A stretch of DNA of 23,113 bases from Candidatus Methylomirabilota bacterium (GTDB lineage: Bacteria; Methylomirabilota; Methylomirabilia; Rokubacteriales; CSP1-6): assembly GCA_046726415.1 (NCBI GenBank), contig JBKPAK010000314.1, forward strand, positions 1-23,113. Direction: 5' to 3'. Below the pieces are notes generated by a model, which saw only the letters and a program-made list of their open reading frames with translations, was not told where the DNA came from and searched no databases. A program made the translations under genes and the position numbers. Positions 15,610 to 23,113 of the stretch are shown one piece after another (position 1 is the stretch's first letter; every line of letters starts with the position of its first letter).

Positions 15610-17844
15610 ATGAGAGCTCTATGGCCGCACAAGGACAGGATGATCCGAGCCCTGGCTCTGCCCCAAAGCCGCCGCCGCTGGCTCTCCCTCGCAGGCGGCG
15701 TTCTCGTGTCGCTCGCACTTCTCGCGCTTAGCTTCCTCGCTGCGGACGCCGCCGCCGTGCAGGCCCGCTTCGACCTGGATGATCGCCGGGACAGTCCGTT
15801 TCCGAGCGATCGCTTCACCGTGGGCGATACCACCCAGATCACCGGGCTGCGCGTCAATCTCCCCAAGCCCGACTGCACGGCACGCCCGAATGATTGCCAG
15901 GATCTCGACGTCATTAACACGCTCGACGGCTTCAACGTGCAGCCCCGGCTGTCGATCCCCTTCGACGGCCCCATCGACGTGAGCACCGCGACGAGCGACA
16001 CCGTCTTCCTCGTCCGGCTCGGCTGGGCATCGCATGGCGGCGCTGGCTCTCGCCGAGTCGGCATCAATCAGGTTGTCTGGGACGCGGCCACGAACACCCT
16101 GCACGTAGAAGCGGATGAACTCCTCGACCAGCACGCACGCTACGCGCTGATCGTGACCAGGGGCATTCGAGACACGCTCGGACATCCCGTCGAGCCGGCC
16201 AAAGCGTTCGCGAAATTCCTTTTCGGCTTGGACTTCGGCCAGACGAAGGAACTGAGGGAGTACCGCTGGGCCCTGCTCAGGGGGCTCGTCGCCGCCGCCC
16301 TCTTCGGCGTCCGGCCGCATGACATCGCGGTCGCCAGCGTGTTCACCACCCAGAGCGTGACGGCTATCCTGGAGAAGATCCGAGACCAGGTGAAGCTCGG
16401 AACCCCGACACCGGCGACCTTCGCGCTGGGACCGGGAGGGACGCGGGCCGTGTACTCGGAAAGCGAACTGACTGATATCGTAGCCGTCCGCCAAACAGGA
16501 ACGGCGCCGAGCTTCATCTCTGCCGGGACACCCTTCGGAGCCCTGTCCCTGGTGCCGGGAGCGGTCGGGACGATCGCCTTCGGGAAGTATGTTTCAGCGG
16601 ACTACCTGAGTGCCGCCCGGTACATGCCGTTGGCGGGAACGCGTGGCACGCCGGAGATCCAAGGCACGAACGAGATCTTCTTCACCCTGACTCTGCCTGC
16701 CACCTCGCCTCCGCCGCTTGGGTGGCCGGTTGCGATCTGGGGTCACGGTGGGGGGGACACCAAGGAGTCGCTGTTCCTCGTCGCGGCGAAGATGGCCGAG
16801 CACGGGATCGCCACCATTTCGATCAATGCTGTCGGTCACGGGTTCGGCCCGCTCGGCACGCTGAGCTTGCTCCGCGGAGCGAACACACCGATCACGCTTC
16901 CCGCGGGTGGGCGGGGTATCGACACTAACGCCGACGGGCAGATCACGGCGAGGGAGGGTCAGTTAGCCGCGGCCCCTCGAGAGATCCTTCGGGAGCGACA
17001 CGCTCGGATCCAGACAGCCGCGGACCTGATGCAGCTGGTCCGGGTCATCGAGGTCGGGATAGATGTGGATGGCGACGGCGCGTCAGATCTCGACCCGTCC
17101 CGCATCTACTACTTCGGTCACTCCCTGGGCGGCAACTACGGCGCCCTCTTCCTCTCCGCGGAGAAGCGCGTGCGGGCCGGGGTGCTCAGCGCGCTCGGAG
17201 GGCCCATTCACGAAATAATACGCTTGAGCCCGCTCTCCCGAGGAGACCTTGGGGCCCTCCTCGCCGCCCGTGTCCCGTCGCTCATCAATCTCTCCGGCAC
17301 GAGCTTCGATGAGAACCTGCCCCTCCGCGACCAGCCGCCCGCCGTCAACACCGTGCCAGGGGCCATGGAGATCCAGGAGCTCCTCGACAACTTCGAGTGG
17401 GCCGGCCAGGGCGGCGACGTGGTGGCTTACGGCGCGTATCTCCGGCGGGCTCCCCTTGACGGCGGCGAGCCGAAGTCGGTGATCATCCAGTTCGCCGCCG
17501 GGGACCGCAATGCCCCCAACCCGGTGACGACGGCGTTCCTTCGGGCGGGTGAGCTGGCGGACCGCGCCACCTACTACCGCTTCGATCTGTTCCTGACGAG
17601 CAACCCGACCACGCCCCCGTCGATCAACAATCCCCACCCCTTCATCTACGCGCTGTCTCCGTTCGCAGCCCTGCCGCCAGAAGTGAGGGCCGCGGCGAAC
17701 GCGGTGGCGCTCGGCGCCCTCGAGCAGATCGCGGTCTTCTTCGCGTCCGACGGCGTGGACGTGATTGATCCGGATGGTCCGGGCGCTCTCTTTGAAACCC
17801 CGATCGTGCCACCGCTGCCCGAAGACGCGGTGTTCTTCCCGTGA
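15610..17844 (+). CDS. Secreted alpha/beta-hydrolase (lipase/esterase-like) with Ig-like N-terminal region
   Basis: RBS GAGGA. Signal peptide RRRWLSLAGG..LAADAAA. Motifs SPFPSDRFT, NTLDGF, oxyanion IWGHG, nucleophile GHSLGG, candidate Asp GDRNAPN and candidate His NPHPF. Alternative starts at 15580 and 15640. Confidence 0.85.
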   Translation: MRALWPHKDRMIRALALPQSRRRWLSLAGGVLVSLALLALSFLAADAAAVQARFDLDDRRDSPFPSDRFTVGDTTQITGLRVNLPKPDCTARPNDCQDLDVINTLDGFNVQPRLSIPFDGPIDVSTATSDTVFLVRLGWASHGGAGSRRVGINQVVWDAATNTLHVEADELLDQHARYALIVTRGIRDTLGHPVEPAKAFAKFLFGLDFGQTKELREYRWALLRGLVAAALFGVRPHDIAVASVFTTQSVTAILEKIRDQVKLGTPTPATFALGPGGTRAVYSESELTDIVAVRQTGTAPSFISAGTPFGALSLVPGAVGTIAFGKYVSADYLSAARYMPLAGTRGTPEIQGTNEIFFTLTLPATSPPPLGWPVAIWGHGGGDTKESLFLVAAKMAEHGIATISINAVGHGFGPLGTLSLLRGANTPITLPAGGRGIDTNADGQITAREGQLAAAPREILRERHARIQTAADLMQLVRVIEVGIDVDGDGASDLDPSRIYYFGHSLGGNYGALFLSAEKRVRAGVLSALGGPIHEIIRLSPLSRGDLGALLAARVPSLINLSGTSFDENLPLRDQPPAVNTVPGAMEIQELLDNFEWAGQGGDVVAYGAYLRRAPLDGGEPKSVIIQFAAGDRNAPNPVTTAFLRAGELADRATYYRFDLFLTSNPTTPPSINNPHPFIYALSPFAALPPEVRAAANAVALGALEQIAVFFASDGVDVIDPDGPGALFETPIVPPLPEDAVFFP

Positions 17845-17972
17845 GGGGTGCCGAGTCGGGAATCTGCGCCGGCATTCGTGTGTGGGCGCTGTCGCGGGGC
17901 CCACCGGCAGCCCCGCGCTCACCGAGTGCGAGATGGCGAGAACGGACCTCACTTCATGGTTCAGGAGGGGCA

Positions 17973-18422
17973 ATGAGAGCCAGATTCACCATGGCGGTCG
18001 TTGTACTGACATTGATCGTTCTCCTCGGCGCTGTGACGCCGGACTATTCGAGCGCGGGGCACAAGAACCTTGTCGGAGCGTGGATCGTCGACGTCATGCC
18101 CGATCCGCCGGGCCCCCCACCTTTCAGGAACATCGGGGCGTTTAGCTCGGATGGGGTCTCGGTAAACACGGATCCCGAGTTTGGGGGCGGTCACGGAATC
18201 TGGAAAAGAATCGGCCCACGCGAGTTCGCGGGAAAGTTCCTGACGCTCGTCCCGGCTGGTCACCCCTTCGGGGACGGGACGATCACGGTGAGCGCGAGCG
18301 TGACTCTCGACAAAGACGGGGACACCGCCACCGGGCCCTTCACGACCGTCTTCGACGCGGCGAACTTCCAGGCGACCGTCACCGGCACGGTCGTGCTGAC
18401 CCGGATCAAGTTCGGTCCCTAG
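17973..18422 (+). CDS. Secreted hypothetical protein, beta-rich (lipocalin-like barrel suspected), 149 aa
   Basis: RBS AGGAGG. Hydrophobic signal peptide, LVGAW motif near the mature N-terminus, GHGIW, and alternating beta-strand patterns. Confidence 0.75.
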   Translation: MRARFTMAVVVLTLIVLLGAVTPDYSSAGHKNLVGAWIVDVMPDPPGPPPFRNIGAFSSDGVSVNTDPEFGGGHGIWKRIGPREFAGKFLTLVPAGHPFGDGTITVSASVTLDKDGDTATGPFTTVFDAANFQATVTGTVVLTRIKFGP

Positions 18423-18485
18423 GGAGCTACTCGCCGGGTCGCCAGGCCGCCGACACCCGGCCGGACACGGCGAAAGGAGGTCGTC

Positions 18486-19394
18486 ATGCGCAGCAGGTTC
18501 TTGAACGGCTGTTGGAGCACGCTCCTGGCGCTCACCATACTGCTCGTCACGAGTCCAGGGCTTCGGGCGGAAGACCAATCAGGCGCAAGTCAGGATGACT
18601 CGAACGGCCTGCACACAGTCAGGATCGTCGACGTTCTGAATTTCTTTTCGAATGTCGGGGCGCTCATCTATTTTGTGGAGCCGAACGACCTGGGCATCCC
18701 GACGGGCATCGTCACCTCGTGCACCGGCACGCTGATCCATGAGCGGGTCTTGCTCGTGGCCGGTCATTGCACGGCCCCCACAGCAGGGGGACTTCTACCA
18801 TTCATCAAGGCCTTCGTGACCCTTAGTCCGACTGCCCTCGATCGGTCCACCTGGAGGCCGGTATCGCATCTCGCCTTCCATCCTTCCATCCCCCCCTGCC
18901 CTCCACCCGAAGGGTGTACGTTCCAGGGCCTCGATCCGGGCATTCTTGACATCGGTCTCGTGTTCCTCGAGCAGCCAGTGCGGCATATCGCGCCCGCGCG
19001 GCTCGCAGCGCCTGGGACCCTCGAGACGCCTAGGGCCGCGAGGAACCTGATGGTCGTCGCCGGTTACGGCTTCCTCGACTCGCTCCCTGGTGGTGTCCCT
19101 CCCCCGTATTCCGACTGGGATGGGCTTCGGCGGATCAAAATCTCGAGACTCGAGGAGGTCGTGGACAACGAATGGGCGAGCTGGTCTCTGCCGGGCATCG
19201 TGTGCTATGGCGATTCCGGCGCGCCCACGTTCTTCTATGACCATCCGCTGGCCGGCCGGCCGCGGGAGCGCGTCGTTGCCGTGGGAAGTGACGGCGGTTT
19301 CGTGTGCTACTCCCGTGACGACCGCGCGCGGGTCGACACGACAGCCGCACAGGACTGGATACGCGAGACGATAGCTGCAGTCCTCCAGCGCTGA
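18486..19394 (+). CDS. Secreted trypsin/chymotrypsin-fold (S1) serine protease
   Basis: RBS AGGAGG and a signal peptide ending LRA. Catalytic motifs CTGTLIH..VLLVAGHC (His), DIGLV (Asp) and CYGDSGAP (Ser). Confidence 0.9.
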   Translation: MRSRFLNGCWSTLLALTILLVTSPGLRAEDQSGASQDDSNGLHTVRIVDVLNFFSNVGALIYFVEPNDLGIPTGIVTSCTGTLIHERVLLVAGHCTAPTAGGLLPFIKAFVTLSPTALDRSTWRPVSHLAFHPSIPPCPPPEGCTFQGLDPGILDIGLVFLEQPVRHIAPARLAAPGTLETPRAARNLMVVAGYGFLDSLPGGVPPPYSDWDGLRRIKISRLEEVVDNEWASWSLPGIVCYGDSGAPTFFYDHPLAGRPRERVVAVGSDGGFVCYSRDDRARVDTTAAQDWIRETIAAVLQR

Positions 19395-20327
19395 GTGTCG
19401 GCCTGTGACGTACAATCCCCGCCGACGTGGAAAGTGCCGGGTTCAGTGGGCACTGCTGAGGCGCTTGAGGCCCTGAGGCCAATCGATACCCAGCGGTGGG
19501 CGCGTGGGGACAGGGGCAGTCGTGGCATCGTCGACCAAGGTGGATGGCGCCCACCTCGTCTTCGGTACGCCGGTTGTCCGGCTACGCGCTCAGTTGGCAA
19601 CATCGCTGAGACCATCGGGCCATGCCAGACTGCCGCGGGACCAGGTCCACCAGCACCAGGCCGGCGGTGATCAGCGGAGACTCGTTTTCTGCGGGGGTTT
19701 CAACTGCTCTGAGCTGCGGAAGCGGGCCGTGCGAAAGGGACGGCGGCCTACTGACCGGGGCGCACCTCCAGCCCCAGCCTCCGCCGCGCGCCGACCCAAC
19801 ATTCCTCAACCTTCTCGGACGGCATGAGAAGTGACGCCAGCTCCACGAAGAGGGCATGATCACCACGGCGGGCGAGGTCGACCAGTTCCGAGGTGGCGTT
19901 GTCTTCGACGACACCTTGCCCCTGGGAATTCGTCACGACGCCGCGGAAGTATAGCCGCTCGACCCGCCGAATGGCCGGGGCGACCATGATGGTGAGGTGG
20001 GCTATCGCGCGGTCAATCTCGCCGCGCGCGACCTCGATGCGCAAGCCTTCGAGGGTCCTGGTGCCGCGCATGCCCCTATCCTACCGCGCGGCGACTCGGG
20101 GCCCATCCGCCCCGGCCAGCATCGTATCCCAGCTGCGGACGGGGGGGCAGATCGCGAAGAAACGGTAGGCGGGCCTCGCCGTCTAGGATCGGCTCGCCCC
20201 ACCACTCGCAGAGGGTTCGCGTCGATCGACCTAAGCGTGTCCGCGCGTGAGCACGAAAATGGGTATGGATCTCGGACTCGATCCCCTTGTAGAGCGCTCG
20301 ATCTTGGCCTTCATCGCCTGCCCAGCC

Positions 20328-20495
20328 ATCCGGTCTCGAGGAACTCAGATGGCGCGAGGAGATCTCGGCGTCGGTGGCGAGCGCCAACTGGCTGATGCGC
20401 CGGGCGACTCGTCCGCACCGAAGGACATCGCCGCAACGCCGGTTGGCGGGGTCAGTGCTGGTGGTCACTGTGATGGTGTCGACTCTTGCCGCCAT
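20328..20495 (-). pseudogene. XRE-family HTH regulator (MmyB-like) N-terminal remnant
   Basis: GDVLR..R..RRISQLALATDAEISSRHLS, then FLETG after a 1-bp frameshift near 20342. Similarity ends there. Divergent from the SnoaL-like gene. Confidence 0.65.
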
Positions 20496-20652
20496 GTCGT
20501 GTACCTCTCGAGGCGTACTCTACGCCACGCGCGAACTCCCGCAAGAACCTCCGTAGTAAAGGACCTGCCTCTCGGCGACCTCCTTTACCTCGCAAGGAAT
20601 TGCTGCACCCAGCGTGCCGCGCCACGCTTGGGCTCGAAAGGAGGGCTCATCC

Positions 20653-21129
20653 ATGACCCCTCAAGAGATCCGGAAGATCATTGACGAGCACCTGAATGCC
20701 GAGGCCCGGCACGATGCGGCGGCGGCCGCGGCGACCTACGCACCGCAGGGCTACTATCATCACGTCCCGCTGGGGCTACTCCTGGAGGGCCGGGAGGCGG
20801 TCGCTGCCGGGTATGCGTCGAGCTTCGCCGCGTTCCCCGACGGCGAGATCAGCAACGAAGGCGACGTGGTCGAGGCCAACCACTATGTCCACTGGGGTCG
20901 CTTTCGGGGGACTCTGACGGGATCGTGGCTCGGTCTTCCACCGACCAACTGTCGCCTGGACTTGCCCTTCGCGGCCGTGATCGAGGTGCGCGAGGGCCGG
21001 ATGATCGGTGAGGCGCTCTACTACGATCTCGACACCTTGTGCGCTCAGGCCGGTCACACGGTCGAGGCTGTGCGCGCGGCTGCCGACGCCATCCGCCGCG
21101 CGAGGGCCAGCGCCCAAGCCGCCGCCTAA
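20653..21129 (+). CDS. SnoaL-like ester cyclase / NTF2-fold protein, 158 aa
   Basis: RBS AAGGAGG. H..AE.RHD, EGREAV...Y.....AFPD, and GTLTGSWLGLPPTNCRL.LPFAAV......IGE..YYD. Confidence 0.85.
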   Translation: MTPQEIRKIIDEHLNAEARHDAAAAAATYAPQGYYHHVPLGLLLEGREAVAAGYASSFAAFPDGEISNEGDVVEANHYVHWGRFRGTLTGSWLGLPPTNCRLDLPFAAVIEVREGRMIGEALYYDLDTLCAQAGHTVEAVRAAADAIRRARASAQAAA

Positions 21130-21320
21130 CTCCGGTCTCAGGCTCGCTCGGTACCTGATTCCCGGGCCTGTCGATTCGAGTCTAGCGCCTTCGACCATAG
21201 AGCGAGGAGAGGAGTTGGACGTGCTCGGGCGGCGAACCGAAGATTGGAAGCCTTTCGTCACGACGCTCGTTCAGGGGTTCAGCCATCGAGGGACCCGACA
21301 ACGAGTGAGGAGGAGCGCGA

Positions 21321-21509
21321 ATGGACCACACGATTGTGCACTTCGAGATCCCGGCGGACAATCCCGAGCGGACAATCCCGAGCGGACAATCCCGAGCGGA
21401 CAATCCCGAGCGGGCAACTAAGTTCTACTGCGAGCTCTTCGGTTGGGAGATCCAGAAGTGGGCCTCCAGCGGAGCCAAAAGTCCAAGCGACACCGGACGG
21501 CCAGAATGA
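21321..21509 (+). pseudogene. VOC/glyoxalase family protein, truncated, with internal tandem repeat
   Basis: RBS GAGGAGGAG. MDHTIVHFEIPADNPER..ATKFYCELFGWEIQKW is the typical VOC N-terminus. Only 62 aa; similarity is lost after about 21462. Confidence 0.75.
21354..21409 (+). repeat. Tandem repeat, 4 perfect copies of 14-bp GCGGACAATCCCGA
   Basis: Units at 21354, 21368, 21382 and 21396, followed by a partial GCGGGCAA. Confidence 0.95.
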
Positions 21510-21560
21510 TCCGCGCACTCCGAAGCTTCGGCTATCGGGTCGAACTGGCAGCGCCCAGTC
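21463..21560 (+). mobile_element. Possible C-terminal remnant of an IS110-family transposase
   Basis: RMIRALRSFGYRVELAAP resembles the 'R-L-x-x-x-L-x-x-L-G-Y-x-V-x-L' tail of a subgroup of IS110 transposases. It starts where VOC similarity ends. Confidence 0.35.
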
Positions 21561-22094
21561 GACGGTTGTTCCCGCGTAGCGCCGGGATTTTCGACCCTGA
21601 AAGCGCTGCGTCGTCAAGGGTCGCCTACCGCACCGGCGTCGGTTCGGCGGGGATACCCAGGCGGCGGCCGTTCGTGCGTTGTAGCGCCCGCGCGCAAGGC
21701 GTCATCACCAAGCGGACACCGGCGCGGCCGGAATCGATCCGCGTAGGCGATGCTCCCTCCCGTAGCATCAATCCGCTTCGTCGGAGCCATATCTTCGCCG
21801 TCGATGCGGCATGATGGTGATTCCAGGGGATGTCGCAATCAAAACTCGAGCTTCCGGGAGCTCATGGCGAAGTCGCGCTTATCCGCCGTAGACGAAACGG
21901 CTGACGACTGGGCCCCACGGACCCTGGAAAGCAGAACGCCCCGGGGTTGTCCTGGAGCGCCCCTTCTGCTGAGTTCCCCCGGCCCGCCGTTCCCAGGGGC
22001 GGGTTACTGAGGAGAGGGGCGGACGAGGGTCCGCGTTACCCCTGCTGGGCCGCTTGGCGTCGTCGGTACCAGGGGCCGCCGTCGATGCTGTGGC

Positions 22095-22937
22095 TTACCG
22101 GAACGCTGTCATCAGCCCCACCCCTCCAGCCACCAGCGCCGACGCCGCGACGCGGTCCTGCCAGGGCCGCTCCCCCAGCACGAGTGTGCCGATCAGCGCC
22201 GCCATGATGACGCTGCTTTCGCGCAGCGCCGAGACGATCGACAGCGGCGCAAAGGCCGCGGCATAGACGACGAGGCCGTAGGCGACGGCGCTGCACACTC
22301 CCGCAGCCATCCCCTGGCGCCAGCTCGACTGAATGGTGGCCGCGAGCTGCCGCCGGCGCAGGCCGATCGCGACCAGCACCACGGGAAACTCCAACACAGA
22401 CAGCACGGCAATGAAACCGAAGGCGCTGTGCGACAGTCGCACGCCAATGCCGTCACACACGGTGTAAGCCGCGATGACCAAGCTGGTGCCGATCGCCAGC
22501 ACGAAGGGCAGCGGCTGGCCGCGCAGCTGCTGGAGGTTGCCGAGCGTGAGGCTGGAAATGCCGAGGCAGGCGATCAGCACACCGACGAGCGCCGGCGGCG
22601 ACAACATCTCATCGGCGATGAGCGCCGCGCCGCCCGCCACCAGCAGCGGCGCCGCGCCGCGCGCCAGCGGATAGACCAAACTGAGGTCGCCGACCCGGTA
22701 GGCGAAGTAGATGAATGCGTAGTACGCGTATTTCCACAGCATCGATAACACAATGTATGGCCACGCAGCCGGCTGCGGCACGGCTACGAACGGCAGCATG
22801 GCAAGCCCGATGAGCGTCGTCGCGAGGGCGATGAAGGCGAGCGATGCCAGGCGGTCGGCGGCGGTCTTGACCAGCGCGTTCCAGGTGGCGTGCAGCGCCG
22901 CCGCGATCAGCGGCAGCAGCAGGATCGAGCTGAGCAT
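22095..22937 (-). CDS. EamA/DMT family transporter, 280 aa
   Basis: About 10 hydrophobic helices. Motifs AAALHATWNALVK, AYRVGDLSLVYPLARG, IAAYTVCDG and VSALRESSVI.AALIG.LVLGE. SD GGGAG 8 nt before ATG 22937. Confidence 0.92.
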   Translation of the reverse strand: MLSSILLLPLIAAALHATWNALVKTAADRLASLAFIALATTLIGLAMLPFVAVPQPAAWPYIVLSMLWKYAYYAFIYFAYRVGDLSLVYPLARGAAPLLVAGGAALIADEMLSPPALVGVLIACLGISSLTLGNLQQLRGQPLPFVLAIGTSLVIAAYTVCDGIGVRLSHSAFGFIAVLSVLEFPVVLVAIGLRRRQLAATIQSSWRQGMAAGVCSAVAYGLVVYAAAFAPLSIVSALRESSVIMAALIGTLVLGERPWQDRVAASALVAGGVGLMTAFR

Positions 22938-22940
22938 CAA

Positions 22941-23020
22941 GACATCTCCCTTCGCTGGCATGACCCAGATCAGGTTCGGCGGGTTTGATCTCAGCCCTCG
23001 CGTGAGGGCACCCCGGTGTC
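22941..23020 (-). promoter_or_regulatory. TPP riboswitch (THI element)
   Basis: The minus strand reads GACACCGGGGTGCCCTCACGCGAGGGCTGAGATCAAACCCGCCGAACCTGATCTGGGTCATGCCAGCGAAGGGAGATGTC. It has the GGGGTGC start, P3 GCCCTC/GAGGGC, the conserved CTGAGA, ACCC, AACCTGAT, P5 CTGG/CCAG, GCGAAGGGA and P1 GACA/TGTC. Confidence 0.95.
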
Positions 23021-23113
23021 GCTGCGATGATCGCACGCGTCGGTCCGAAGTCAACGCGGCGTGGCGCCGACGCCCGCAGGCCGAAGTCATGTGACGGTCA
23101 CAGGACTGCGGAC

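Noticed and set aside
19748..20071. 107-aa minus-strand ORF whose first ~20 aa (MRGTRTLEGLRIEVARGEID) faintly recall glutamine-synthetase-like N-termini
   Set aside because: The similarity is too short and the rest is unrecognisable. It cannot be supported without a search.
20230..20325. ..RSIPIFVLTR tail resembling the C-terminus of deazaflavin-dependent nitroreductases
   Set aside because: Only a few residues match, which is insufficient evidence.
21354..21417. Possible CRISPR array
   Set aside because: The 14-bp units are contiguous with no spacers, and there are no cas genes. It is a simple tandem repeat.
21940..22040. GC-rich hairpins (CCCGCC/GGCGGG; GCGGAC-GAGG-GTCCGC) downstream of the EamA gene as terminator or ncRNA
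   Set aside because: No U-tract and no recognisable RNA family. Such stems are common by chance at this GC content.
22938..23090. 51-aa N-terminal extension of EamA in the ORF track
   Set aside because: This region is the TPP riboswitch leader. The SD supports ATG 22937.

Overview
This is a GC-rich bacterial window. The gene families (zinc-ribbon cyclase-AAA-TPR, BTAD-AAA-TPR, LigD-like ligase remnant) suggest a soil organism such as Ca. Rokubacteria/Methylomirabilota; that taxonomy is inference only. In order, it contains: a frameshifted helical hypothetical gene; a PAS fragment joined to a serine recombinase fragment; an intact integrase-core (rve/DDE) transposase; a GntR regulator with a palindromic operator in an operon with two paralogous Tat-exported amidohydrolases; a DUF1330 remnant; two related STAND-like NTPases (a class III cyclase-AAA-TPR with one homopolymer frameshift, and an intact SARP/BTAD-AAA-TPR) separated by a decayed ATP-dependent DNA ligase; a divergent cluster of a small protein and three secreted proteins (alpha/beta-hydrolase, beta-rich protein, S1 protease); an XRE remnant divergent from a SnoaL-like gene; a truncated VOC gene with a 14-bp x4 tandem repeat; and an EamA/DMT transporter directly downstream of a TPP riboswitch. 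The strongest leads are the TPP-controlled EamA (candidate thiamine or precursor transporter), the STAND regulator/secreted hydrolase module with 11-bp-period repeats, and the asymmetric Tat amidohydrolase pair. All family calls come from motif recognition by eye; no searches were run.
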